Part shown: positions 42,079 to 54,958 of the stretch, piece by piece
Layout of the letters: every line of letters begins with the position of its first letter
Numbering within the stretch: position 1 is the first letter of the stretch
NCBI GenBank assembly: GCA_046563655.1
Contig: CM102283.1
Coordinates: 3,782,001-3,846,000, forward strand
Source: Yuukianura sp. NJ FZ-2021
Lineage: Eukaryota
Direction of reading: 5' to 3'
DNA length: 64,000 nucleotides
Notes under the pieces: model-generated
Database searches by the model: none
Told to the model about the DNA's origin: nothing
What the model saw: only the letters and a program-made list of their open reading frames with translations
Position numbers and translations under genes: made by a program

Positions 42079-43023
42079 TTTTTAAATCGTCGTCATAAAT
42101 TTAAAGCACAAAATGTGCCCAAGTCAGCAGAAATTGAGTTTGGTGGAGGAGAAATAAAGTGTTGAATGACGCGACTGTTGTGGTTTGGCCTGGAAGATAA
42201 ATCACAATAACATTCCAATGAATCATCAATAAGCAAACTAAAAAAATTCCACGTGTCAGACTACAAGTCGAAAAAAAAACGTTTCAACGGAGCTTACACT
42301 TTCAAGATGTCCGAAATCGTTGGAAATACGTCCGAAGTCGGGTGTCCCTTGACCTGCCTTTTGATGTCGTCCTTGTAACGTCTACTTTCCTTTTGAGATC
42401 AATTGCAGTGGTCCAATTGTGGATCCAACCTATTTATCAAATGAGAAAGGACAATGTCAAGTGACGATGAAAAGGAGAATGTCGTCACGGGTAAAATTAA
42501 GTCGTACCGTATACCTTCGTTACTAGAGTAATTGTGTAATCGTTGGCCTTTGGTAACTCTTAGATTTAACTTTGACTTACTTCGTCTCGTGGAGTCTGTG
42601 TGTCTGTCCTTGAATTTGCAAAAACAAGAAAGTGTTGAGTTCGTAGTGTCCAGAGGCAGGACTAAGATTTGATTAGTGGATGATTAATGGTAACAGACAC
42701 TATTCATTTCAGTTCTTAAGGTTGTCGTTATCTCTTGTCTCCTGGACACCCTGTCCAGTGGACATGGACATGACACACATAGAGATAACAACAACAGCTG
42801 ATTAGAACTGGGAGGAAAAAGTAACGGGATTAGCTGGGGTACACTTTTCCTAAGAAATAGAGGATTCTTCTGATTGCGTTCTTATGATATTACCGGGAAA
42901 TTCAAAATTGGAGTTCCGCTTCCCGTCACTTACGTTGACATTTCACAGATTTCATATACATTAGTAATTCTTTATTAATTGATGAATTGTTTTAAATAAT
43001 TCAAGATTAATCATTGTTGTATC

Positions 43024-44132
43024 TCATTGTTTGAGTTCTGGTTGGCAGTGATCGCTAAAGTACTTGGCCAAAACGGACTCTTTAGCCGTAAGTTTCTTGA
43101 TGTCTTTGACCCTTGCTTTGTTGACAACTAGCGGTAAATTTCTGTGTTCATGGACATAGGAACAATGGCGACATTTGTGGAACAACCAGAGGAGGTTCTG
43201 GGCGTTCCAGTGGGCATGGTGACCATTCCAAGCGAGGCAGTAACATTTGCGACACAGGACAACTATTTCAGGTCGTCCAGCAACCTTGGAATCCGGATGA
43301 TTCACTCTCGTCTTCGTCCGGTAGTAGTCGAACCGTTGTTCTTGGCCACACACCGAACACAACTCTCCGCTCGTCACAGTACAAATAGTCACAGTCGTGG
43401 GTTCGATACATCGCTTGGAGCCGAATGCTGACTGGAATTTCAATGACTTACAACCTCCAGTGTTCCCAATGATTTTGTAGCTCCCCGGACTAAAACAAGG
43501 TAACCATCCATTAATTAGTTTTTACAAGTTAATCAAATAATCAAAACTTGATTGTGATTACCCAGGAGGGTTGAGAAACGGTGGACGGCCGAATCGCGGA
43601 AGGACAACGCCCGATCCGAACGAAACAGTTAGCTGATCTCCGGTCCAGAGCGGCGGTTGCTGAACACGGAAGTACGTTCCGGGATCGGGTCGTGTTTCGT
43701 GTTTGCCGAGCTTTTTGAACCGAACTTCCAAGAGGCCTCCGATACCGTATCCCAGACGACTGATTGGTTTGTTGACTCCGAGAAGAGGCGGGGCATAATT
43801 GGGCCCTGGGCCATATCCCTTAAGGGAGTTAGCGACAAAAACTTGGGCTAACTTGGAGTGTCCAGGATTTTCTGGATAATACTTTCGTTCCTCTCCAGAC
43901 CAAAAAGCTATCTTCGGCTTGACGCTACTCTCCACTGCAAATAGTTTCAAAATAGTTCAACATTTTTGAAAATGGTAAGAAAAAGAGTGAAATTATTACA
44001 ATCAATTGATGTATGGTAGGGCCAGTCGGTTTTTTCAATTGGATTTCTAATTTTACGAATTTTTTCTTTCTTAGTGGCTGATGGAGCATCTTCGGTCGTT
44101 TCAAAGTTTGCCGGTGGTCGCGATTCGTCCAT
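43024..44132 (-). CDS. SHIPPO-1/PGPGxY-repeat (pitchfork/CIMAP-like) ciliary protein with a Cys/His-rich C-terminal domain
   Basis: Three exons (start MDESRPP; junction gives ...KEKI-LESSVK). Repeats YGPGPNY, PDPGTY and PPGPGSY; C-terminal CxxC...LCRKC...CRHCSYVHEH. Confidence 0.65.
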
Positions 44133-44245
44133 TTTGTTGAAAATACTGCCAGTATTTTATAAACTCCTGCTTCACTCCTGTCCAAAATGTTCGTCCGCAA
44201 AAGCGTGTGCCTTGCTGCAACTTTGGAAGGCGCGAAACAAAATAC

Positions 44246-44321
44246 GTTTTCATGGCAACGAATTGAAAATTTTCAAATTGAAATGGAAAATGAGAAATGA
44301 AACTACTGTTGTTATGGGAAC
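44246..44321. promoter_or_regulatory. RFX X-boxes in a bidirectional promoter (SHIPPO-repeat gene / CFAP61)
   Basis: GTTTTCATGGCAAC (44246-44259) and GTTGTTATGGGAAC (44308-44321), between divergent ATGs at 44132 and 44455. Confidence 0.65.
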
Positions 44322-44454
44322 GAGGTAAGTCTATTTTGTCCATTGCTGCTACTGTGAACTTTTTGTTGGAGAATTCCTGAGAATTCGTGATTTTTTTTTT
44401 TTGAAAAGTTGACTTTTCTGCTTTCTGTTTTGTTCTGAAAACGTGTAGGTCAAG

Positions 44455-47400
44455 ATGGACGAAATTTCAAAGGTGGATTTGGTTCCATCTGAAGTTGACA
44501 ACTCTGCGCCTGTGCAAGATGAAGTCAGAGGATCCGTTTTTGAAGTTTTGTACAAGATTTTGGACAACTCGCTTTTCAACCACAAGAAAGCAGAAGGAAA
44601 AGACGTTACTGCTTTGAACAAACTCGTTACTGCTGAGACGCGTGAAACTTTTGCATGTGTCGACATTGCCAAAAACATGTAACATTTCAAAATGAAAAAT
44701 TGAAATTTTGAAATTCCACAAAATTCTGAAATTTTCTGAACTTCTAGGGAGAAGTCCTGTTTTTCAATTGTGCTTACGGATGTTAACGACTTGAGTCGCC
44801 TGGTAGCTCATGCCTCCTTCACCGACACGCCGACTGATCCTGGGATCGTGATTGGTGGAAAACGGTGGCGCAAGACTCCTGAACTTTCACAAGCCACGCC
44901 CACAAATACTTTGTTTGTCAGCGTCTTTGTGTTTCGTGAAGACGAGGAAATGAAACCGTGCTTGGAAGAAGTACTTGCCAATACTTTTTGTGCTTGTGAG
45001 TCCGTCGAGTACATAATGCTGGAATGTCCTTCTGTCGACTGGGTTGGTGAAGGTAAGAAACCGCAGTAATCAAATTATGGATGATTGAAATTGGCACGGT
45101 GGCACCGTGAAACCGTGATTGACATTTCCACGGTGGTACGCTTTGGTACCGCCCACTTTTGGATGAATAATTGGTAAAACTTTTGGTTTTTGTTTATGTT
45201 TTTGGTTTTGTAAAGGCTATATTTTCTGTGGCGGTGTGACGGAGCTCCTGTTCAAAGGAAAGGCTGGCGTGATGAAGAAATTAATCATTTATGCCAAAGA
45301 TGTTTTTCTTCCCAAGCTCAGAGTCAGACCTGGAAAGTAATTCGATATCGATACAAAGTGATTGAAAATTTACCTTCTGCGCAGCCTAACTTTTTTTTAC
45401 TGCGCAGGAAACGTGACCTGGATGACCTCATGGCACTTGTTGACGTGGAGCTGAAAGATTTAGAAGAAATGTTTGCAGAAAAAAGAACTTTTCTAGTCAA
45501 CATCAAGTCTATGCCAGAACGGCCCAAGAGCACCTACGTCGCTGAAGCAAGTTTTCATGACACGACATTTAAAAAAAAATTCAATTTCAATATTTTTTAT
45601 TTTCAAAAAGTTTCAGCACCGTGGATTGGCCGTTGGAGTGATCACGGTGTCAACAGAGGTCAACTGCGAACTTTTAAATGAACAGTTTCATCTGGAACGG
45701 TTTCACGGTCTGTGCAAACCGCATGACCAAGATGAAGTCAACCTCCAATCAGTTGAAAGTCGGTGAGTTACTTCTTTTGAAAAAAGTTTTTTGAAAATTT
45801 TTTTTGAAAATATACTAGAATTCTGAAATGTTCTACTCTTTTGCAGGTTGTTGGGTCCACTCAAGCGATCCGACATTCGACTGAGGGAGACATACGACAA
45901 GAGTGAAGTCGGTACAACGGCGAGAGAGGAAAAACCAAGCGCTGGAGATTTGAACGCCGTGGATCCACGGTCCTTTGTTTCCGTGAGCACCGTTGGCGGC
46001 GGCGGTGGAGACGACGACGTGCTGGATTTTTACATGGACCTTCGTTCTGCCAGTGGTACAACTCTCCCCAGTCGAGCGGCAATGACCACTGGCTACTCCG
46101 GGTAAAAGTCATGTAACTCCTTTTCAAAAGCAAATTCTGAAAAATTTGAAAATTTTGAAAAATTATTGTTTTTTTTTTAGAGATTACTTGAACATTGCAA
46201 GTCAGACTAGCAGGCAGCAGTTTAGACGCGGCCCTTACCGGAGAGAGTCCACTCGAAACCGTGATTTTGATAACTTGGATGTGACTGGCCAAGAGGAACT
46301 TTTGGCCAAAGTGAAAGCGATTCTGGACGATTTGAATCAGCGCGGACTGACAATCAGCGATGCAATGCTGGATATTGCAGCGATTCGGGTTTTGACTGAA
46401 GCGCAAGCGTACATCAACTACTGCATCTATCGATACTTGCACAAAACGCTGATTGATGACAACCTCCTGCCAAATGTCAATTGGAATCAACCTCTGCCTT
46501 CTTCTTTTATGGGTCTTCCGAACGCCATCATTCTGGAACATGTTTCCATCGACAAAAAATTCAGTTCAAGGTAAGAAGCCAAACAATTCCAAAAAAGATA
46601 ATTTTTTTTTAAAGTCAAAATTTCGAAATTCTGTTCTAATCTTTGCATAATTTTAACTGTTTTTAAGGATTATTGATCTGTTCAATGGCGTTTTTGCTGC
46701 ACATCCATTACGCGACTATTTGATTGTTACAACTCCAATCAGTAAAACACAAAAAATCAAAATTTTAAAAAAATTAATGGCACATTAAAAAAAACTTGAC
46801 ATATAAACGTTTCAGGTGCTCCAGAACTTCCGTGGATGAAATTTTTCGTGGTAAGTTTTTTTTTAAGTTTTGTGAATTTTTAATTTTTCAGCTTTTTTTT
46901 TAAATTCTAAAATTTTCAGCGTGTGACTCCGAAACAAACGAACCTCCTTGATGCCAAATCGCTTTACATTATGCACCGTTCCTGTTTTTCAACTTCACTT
47001 CGATATCGAAGAGCCAATAAGAAAGGAGACTGTGAAAAAATCGAAAATTTACTTGAAATTTTATGCAACTGCGACGCTGAGAAAATACTGAACGACTTCA
47101 AACAATCGATGTGCTCCACTCATAATTTAAACGACCTCCAAGCATTTGTGGCCGAAGCGACCTCGTTGGACTGTTCTCCAGTTGTGGCTCTGGCTATCAT
47201 AGGGTATCAAATTTAAAAAAAAAAGTTCAAAATTTAAAATTTTGAAAGTTCTTATATTAAATTTTGAATTTTCAGCCCTGAGCCAAAGGCGGGTGGATAC
47301 CAAGTGAACTATGAGTTGGACCAGTACTTGTACTTTGACCTGCATGACCCCGATGACCACGCTTATGTCTATCACTTCATCATCAATCCACTGTTTCAAC

Positions 47401-50400
47401 CACACTCCAAAATCATGATGAAGGAAATCATGCGCATGATGAACGTGGATTCCTTTTTTCATAAAATTTTTCCACCGGCGGCTGACCCAAAAGTAAGAAA
47501 ACATCAAAATTTTGAAATTGAAAAATGAAAATTGACAAAATTGGCCCTGGAAGTGATTTTTAAATGAATTTTTTACATTTTTTCCCACCATTTTTAGTAT
47601 CTTCGAAACCAAAGTCAATTGAACAATATCGGGGATTTTGTGCCACTCGTTCCGCGTCGACGCGTGGAGTACTCACTGCTAAATTTGAGTGAAGATCAGG
47701 ACGACTTGCGACAACCACCAAAATCGTCGCAGCCTTCCACGGTTCCAGTGATGGCGTTTCATTACTCCAAAAAGTTCACTTATGAACCCAAAAATGTCGT
47801 TTCTCAACGCATCGTTTTCATTGGAGCTTCGGACACAACTTTGTCCTGTCTCGCGAGAATTCTGTCCAGCCCAAACTGCGATTTCAAGAATTTGACGCTG
47901 ATTAGCACGCATGGCCTGCCTGGAGGATTACCGACGGATGAAATTCGAAACTTATTTTTCCCGCGGAAGAATGGTCCGGCACTGTCCATGCGCAGTAACG
48001 AAGAATGGTATCAGTGTCTCCCAATTCGTCAACTTGTCACCACTGTCTACGGAACTGCAGTCAGAATCCTCAGGTATGAAGTGGTCGGTGGTCGTGAAAG
48101 TGAAAGATGGTCGTAAATTGATAGGTGGTCGGAAAGTGATAAGTGGTCGGAAAATGATATGTCGGAAAATGAGTGGTCGGAAAATGATAGGTGGTCGGAA
48201 AATGATAGGTGGTCGGAAAATGATACGTGGTCGGTGGTTGATGGACTCCAGTTGATTTTTCCGATTTCTGATTTGAGTTATTTCCAAAATTCAAAAAAGT
48301 TTTTTTTTTCACTTCTTTGAAACAGGAAAATCAAGGTTATTGTTGTGGACGAGAGTAAAATTGTTCCTTACGACTTGCTCGTGATTGCGACTGGACGACA
48401 ATTTATTCGCCCTGACTGTCCAGTGGCGGACATCGTAGACGAGAGACTGGAGAGATTCAAAAGAAGCTTGGCCAAATCAACGGACGTCCAACCTGAGCGC
48501 ATTCCAATGTAAAATTCATTAAAAAAAACTTTTCAAAAATTTAAAAAGAAAAAAGAAACGTTCAGCTCAATTCCTTTTAAAAATTTTAGTCCTCCCAAGC
48601 CGAAGAACGTTTTCCTGATCAACACGGACGTGGATGCTGCACAGGCTTTGAATCTACTGCGTTCCTTCATTCCATTCGTCTCTAACCGTAAGATTTTTCT
48701 CAAAAAAGCAAAAATTTTGATTTTTTTTAAATGAAAATTTCCAAATTTTGAAACTTTAGGTCAAGTGATTGTCCATGGAGCGTGTTTGGAAGCGTACTGC
48801 TGTTTGCGAGCGCTGATTGAACTTGGAATTTCACCAAACCGAATCACTTTTGTCACAGCGCTGGATGACGAAATGGCATGGGAGGAGTTTCACCCATATC
48901 GTGACACTGCACAGGTCAGAAATTTTGCAAATAAAAAACTTAAGAAAATTTTTTTGAAAAAGTGAAAAAGTTAAAACATTTTGAATTTTTTGTTTTTGTC
49001 CAAAGCTCCGGGAACTGATGATGGCCACAATGGTTGAGTTGGGAATTGAAGTCCTTCGGAACTACGACTTCCGTCGGTGGAATTTGGAAAGTGACACTGG
49101 CCTGTGCAATCGCGTGTACTTCACTACCATTCGTCGAGACATGCTTGACGATCGACCAATCAAAGTGTCCGTTCCATGTCTCGCCTACTTTGCATACTGC
49201 ACACGCCGAGTCGGAGATGACATTGTGACGGCCATCACGCCTGCGTGTCTTCCCTACAACAACGGAATCATCATCAACACGCGATTTGAAACGGACGACA
49301 CAAACATCATGGCTGCTGGACCCTGCGCAGTCTACAACAAAAGACTCTGCGCAGAAAAGTTCGACCACTTCCACTTCTCCTCATACGAAGTTGGTCAGAA
49401 GGTAAGACAGCTTTTCCAAAATTGGAAAATCCTAAAAAATTTCGAAAATATTGAAGTTTTCATTTTTTTTTCAGCTTGGAGAGTTCATTTTGAAACGGAT
49501 TTTGCCGGCAGAACGAACGTATCACATCAGTGTCTTAGCACCGGAGTCAGTTCCGTTTCCCCCGACCTTGACTCGACCACTGGTCCACTACGCTGATTTG
49601 CCAGGAAGTTGGCGATACTTGCACGTTAGCCGTCCCGGTTGGGTACCACATTGCTGTCGTCAAGCAGAATGCAAGTGCAAGGAATGCGAGTGCGGAACCG
49701 AAATCACAACCGGTTCGGTGAAACGGTTCGAAGATTCGGAACAAAAATTGTTCCGACTCCGACTCGACAAGTACCAAAAAGTGGATGGGCTGGAGTGCAT
49801 TTCGCGTCAGGTGACCTTCCACTTTTAAAATTTAGTCGAAGATTAAAAATTTTTCAAAATTTTGAATTTTAATTTCAGAGATTCCCGCCTTCGTGCCTGT
49901 CGTCACTCTACGGCCACCATACAGCATTTCTCAACGGGCTGCTTGACGGTTTAGAAAAAGCAGAAATCGATGACTTGTACAAGCATTTTTGCAAACCGTG
50001 GGTGGCTGCTTTAGGCATGGACCGTTGGCTTACTTTTCGAAACGAAATTCGAGAACTCATGAGCACCTATGTAAGTTGTTTCAAACAGTTTTTCAAAATT
50101 TTGAGTAATTTTAAAATTTCGAATTCCAGGAAATTGAAAAAGGATTGAAAATTGGGGACTTTGTGAAAGACTACATTGACAATTTAGAGAATCCAGAAGT
50201 GGTGAGTACCAAATTCAAAAATTTAACTTTCAAAATTTCAGTTTTGAATTTCCTTTCAGTTCAAAGTGGATCCAAACATACTCCGCCATGTTTTTGAAAA
50301 TACGAATTTGAAGGCGGCAATTGAAAGTAAGTTTTTGAATTTCCTCAAGTACAACAAAGCAGTTTTGCCAATGTATGCTCGACCGGACTTTGTGGAGGAA

Positions 50401-50463
50401 ACGTACAACGAAAGAATCGCCAGTCAAGCCTACATTCCACTCCACAAGAACTTCGAACTATAG
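44455..50463 (+). CDS. CFAP61: Cilia- and flagella-associated protein 61
   Basis: Motifs NTLFVSVFV, EVNCELLNEQFHLERFHGLCK, HFIINPLFQPHSKIMMKEIMR, FVPLVPRRRVEY, RIVFIGASDTTLSCL, NLTLISTHGLPG, IVPYDLLVIATGRQF, IIINTRFETDD..IMAAGP and FLKYNKAVLPMYARP. Confidence 0.9.
48081..48240. repeat. Intronic tandem repeat (GGTGGTCGGAAAATGATA, ~18-bp unit), possibly transposon-derived
   Basis: About 7 degenerate copies in the CFAP61 intron 48074-48325. The unit resembles the GGTCAGAAAGTGA repeats of the P2X MITE. Confidence 0.7.
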
Positions 50464-50607
50464 AACAATCAACACAAAAAACTAATTTCTAAACAAGTAC
50501 AAATCACTTTTTTAAAAAGTTGAAACAAAAGTTATTTTTCAGTTTTTGGATCGTTTATATTCAAACGGTTAGAGCACCAATATAAGCAGTCTAATTTTAA
50601 GAAAAAG

Positions 50608-52183
50608 TTATAGACGAGTTGCAAACTGAAGAATCGTAGAAACATCGTCACACGGAAAGTTCTGAAAGTAATTAATTAATTAGTTAATTAACTTTGTATT
50701 CTGATACTTTTGCAAGCTGTTCTTACTTGTAACAATTTCATGTTGTGAGAAAAGTCACCGGCAATGAGTTCTTCACGGAGATGGCTGTAATTCACAAATT
50801 CAAAATTCAAAAAAAGTTCAAAATTCAAAACAGTGATAATTTTTTTTTGTGAACTTACACAATCATGGCTGTACAAACAGTAATCAAAAAGTCAAATCGG
50901 TTTGGATCGGAGAGTAAACTGTCCCATATTCTCAGGACGTCGGGCAAATCAAATTCTTGTGACAACAGGAGAGTCAGCCACCTTCAAAAAATTAAGTTGA
51001 ACTTTCTAGTAGAAAAGTTTAGTAAAATTTTGAAAAGTTACCGGAAGCAGAAGTATTGGCCATAGATTTCCTGTCTAATCAAGACAGAGTGGACTTCGTT
51101 ATCAACTGTTTTGAGTTTGTCGTAGACTCTGTCCATCATGAGTTTGATTCCAGTGGATGAGTTGTCCAGAGATCGAATGAAGAAATCCCGTATCTCAGCC
51201 ATTAGATTTGTGAAGAGATAGAAAGTGTCTGGTTCAGCATGGGCGGAATATTCTGGATTGGGATCTGTCGCCAGAGTGTAGTAAATTGGTCCAATAATTT
51301 CATTCATCCCTTGCACATAACTAGAACAAAAATCAATTTTAAGCATTTTAGCAGTTGTGGATAAGTGTAAGTACTTGACTGACCTTTGCCCTTTGTTGAG
51401 TTTGGCATAAATGAATAGAATCCGTTCGACGACTTCCCAATGAGCCTCTGAGTTTGATTCTGGATCGGTTTTTGACGGCTTCACTTTCTTGATGCCCATT
51501 CCCTTGGACTCGACAGCACTCGAGGTCACACTGGAGTTCACTCTCGTGTGAAGTCTCGTGATTTTCTTGGAAATAATGCCCGGATGAGGGTAAGAAGTTG
51601 CGGATTGGAAGAAGTGGATGCTCGGATACAATCGTCTGTAACACAAAATCGGTGTAAATTGAAGTAATCGATTAGTTGCTCAAGTTTTGAGTCAAACCTC
51701 ACGTCCTTATCGATTTGGAGGAGGACTTCGTTGTCCTTGAAGTAGTTTTCCCATGGCGAAGATGGATCTGGATCCAAGGGGTCCAGAGGACACGAATGTG
51801 GAGGAAGAATTTCATCTAGGTTCCAGAAATTAACGTTAACTTTACCATGGACTTATTAACTCTTCGATTGATTGATTAACTAACCTCCGAACTTCCAGTA
51901 GTCTTTCCTCTTTTCTTCTAACACTTTGGCCCATTTAGTTGTATCTGTTGGAAGGTAGTTGAGCAGAAGTCTCCATACCAAAGGACGGTGATGAGTAGAG
52001 TCTGGAATCCCTGGAAATTAGAAACAAAAGTTTTAATTACCTTAATTACAATCAATTACAATTAGTTAGTTAATCAGTGCCTGTCTTACCATTGAAAGAC
52101 AATGCCTTTAACTCTGACAAATCAATAACTGCCGAAGACAAGATCTGATCCAGTCGATTCACTTTGGCAGTGTAATTTGTCAT
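50608..52183 (-). CDS. TBC1D13: TBC1 domain family member 13 (Rab-GAP)
   Basis: Motifs GIPDS..RPLVWRLLLNYLP, WENYFKDNEVLLQIDKDVRRLYP, EAHWEVVERILFIYAKLNKGQSYVQGMNEIIGPIYY and FRWLTLLLSQEFDLPDVLRIWDSL. Confidence 0.95.
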
Positions 52184-53018
52184 CTTCACGCAATGTACAC
52201 TAATTCATCTGCACAGTCCTTAGCACAAACGATTAATCAAGTGTCAATTAGTAATCAATTAGTTTTAATCTAATTAACAAAACAAAATCAAACACATGAT
52301 TAAAATATTGACATGAATAAAAAAACTTTGCGAAAAAAAAGGGGTGTTTACATTCCAAAAAAGGGCAAACTTTTTCATTTGAAAAGTCTGTTTTCCCGCA
52401 CTCCTTCAAACTCGTCTCACATGGTACAAGCGTCATAGATTCTTTTTAATATTTAAACAATAGCTTAAAACAATAGCATCGTACTGCTATTGTCTCAAAA
52501 AATCAAAAATTGTTAACTTTTTAAAACTACAAAACATTTTAGCTGTTGAATAAAAATTTCAAAGTCGTGAACATTGTGCTAGCGATTTCCTGGTTTCTCC
52601 AAATCTCTTCCTTCGTTTCCTATTTAGTTGTATTGCTTGAATTCAATTTTAGACATGTCGAATTGTTAACTTGGAATTAATTTTGAACTAAAACTTAGTT
52701 TTTTTCTAAACTTTTTTTTTTGGATGGTACGCTTGACTGGAGGGATTCGACAAGCATGTGTATGATGTGCCATTTTTTTAGACGATTGAGTAGGAAGCAG
52801 AAACGTCCTATTTAGCATCACCCAAAAAATCTATTTTTGAAACTGTGCAAAATAGTTCTAAATTATTTCTGGCAAGTGGAAGTGGTTAGAAGATCTCAAA
52901 GTTATACCTGTTTCCATACTTCCACTCTTACATCATTTCTAGTCTCCACAAATCCAACACTTTCAAAGAAAAAGTAGAATTTTCGAAATTTTGAATTTTT
53001 AAATTCCAAAAGTTCAAA

Positions 53019-54136
53019 ATGTCGGCAGATCTGATCCAAGCCTATGGCCAGGGCCTAATGTCCGGAATTGCAGGATATCCTAACAAATTTACAGTCAATC
53101 CAAACGGACAGGCAATGCAGGGCATCACGTTTGCAGTTGAAGGTACGAAATTAAATATATTGCAAGTATAATTAAATAAATTCAGTTTAAACTTAAACAA
53201 AATCATGTTTTAAAAGCGAAAGTGTTTGTTGTATGTGCAGGGCCGTCTCGACCTACGTTTGCCTTCAACCACCTTCCAGGTTCAAACTTTTTCTATTTAG
53301 TTTTTATTTTTAAAACATTTAAAAAAAGTTATCAAAGTTATGATGTTGTAACTCTTGTTTTAGGTGGACTCGTAGAAGGTACATCCACAATTCCATGAAA
53401 AAAAAAGTTTATGTTGCACTGAAAATTCTGATTCTCTATTTCTAAAAAGCATTTTTGAAAAATTGAAATATCTTTTGAAATGTGCAGTTTCATACACGCC
53501 GACTTTTCCTGGTCGTTACAACATTTACATAAAGTTTTTCGCCAGGGACATCCCAGGGTCGCCCTACTCCGTGGCCATTGCAGGCAAATATTTTTAAACC
53601 AAAAAGTTTATTAACCAAAACATTTAATTAAAGTAATAATAATTAAAGTTAAAAGGAAAAAACGGAAAGTCACTTGACAAGTTTGTGATTGCAGGAGACA
53701 CAGTGCAAATGTCGAGTGCCGTGGGGGGAGTGCGTTTGAGTGGGCCGGCCCTGACCCACGGTCGCTCTCTAGTCACAAATCAGTTTCTGATGGACGCCAG
53801 AAACACAGGTGTCACGGGCGGACTAAATGCTTTCATGGAAGGCCCAGGACAAGCGGAAGTGGGATTCAAGGAAAACTTGGACGGTAAGTGCAAGGTCAAA
53901 GGTCACAAATATCCCAAAGTTAGCAAAATATGTGAATTTTTGTGTCAAGGAACGGTGCATGTCCAGTACAAACCAATGGCTTCTGGAGTCTACCGATTAC
54001 ATCTCAAATTTGGCGACACTCACGTAATCCTTATCTGTTTTTGAAAAAAAAAATGTCAACAATTTTGAAAATTTAAAACTGGGTATCAAATTTTTACTAG
54101 GTAAATGGATCCCCTTTCACAATCAATGTCAACTAA
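53019..54136 (+). CDS. Small protein of two filamin/ABP-120 Ig-like repeats (~190 aa)
   Basis: AYGQGL...FTV...VEGPS...VSYTPTFPGRYNIYIKF..DIPGSPY, then SGPAL...FLMDAR..GGL...EGPG...DGTVHVQYKP..GVYRLHLKFGDTHVNGSPF. Seven exons including a 15-nt micro-exon. Confidence 0.85.
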
Positions 54137-54958
54137 AACACACTGCTGCTTAATCTGCTTAACTGTTGCAATTATCGAAATGATGTGCCGAAATTTACGC
54201 AAACTCAACGCTTAAAGAATGGTTAAATTGTTTTTCCAAAATCGCAACCTCAAGATTACAAAGAAAAAAAATCAAGATTTAAGTCAAAACTAAATTTTAA
54301 AGATTTGAAATTTGAAAAATAAAAATGAAATTTTTGTTGAGTGAGACGCCAGTTGAAGTTTTCGGGGCGAGATATAAGAGAATATTCATGTGGAGTGTGG
54401 GAGTTTTCTCCCATGTATTTTTCCTATCTCCTTCCCTATCTCGCGTAATGCATTTTTCTGGACCCTGGCCAGTACAAACCTTTAACAAAAATTAGTCTCC
54501 ATGAAATTCTCCTATCCCAAACTTTTAAGTTTTTATGTGGCGTCAGCATTATTTCTAATTCAATTCAACATTAGAAAATTGAAATTGAAAACTAAAAAAT
54601 TCTTTTGCATAGAGTGATAAAAACGTAAACTTAAAATTAAAAACTGAAACATGAATTTTTCCATAACTTGCTACGCTTGCTTTCCAAATTGAAGTTCAAG
54701 GTCAAAGTTCTTGAATCGCAACATTTCAGAGTGGGAAGGCGTGTCATGGCATGATCTTAAGCAAAACTAAAATTATGTGATAAAAAAAATTCTAAAGTTA
54801 AAGCTAAAGTTAGGTTATCGCTTAAGCGCTTATCTTAATCGAGGTTAACAGCCACTCACCAACTTTTCAGCAGCGTCTTGCAGCAGCGTCTCAGTTTCTT
54901 CTTAACTCTGGAACATCAGTGGACTTGCTTTTTTGAAGTTTTTCGAATTTTTCAAAAA

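Noticed and set aside
44314-44324. ATG GGA ACG AG as the CFAP61 start
   Set aside because: After splicing it is out of frame with the main ORF; the ATG at 44455 is preferred.
47911-48312. Repetitive ORFs (GGRKMI / RPPIIF / PTTYHF)
   Set aside because: These are translations of the intronic 18-bp tandem repeat.
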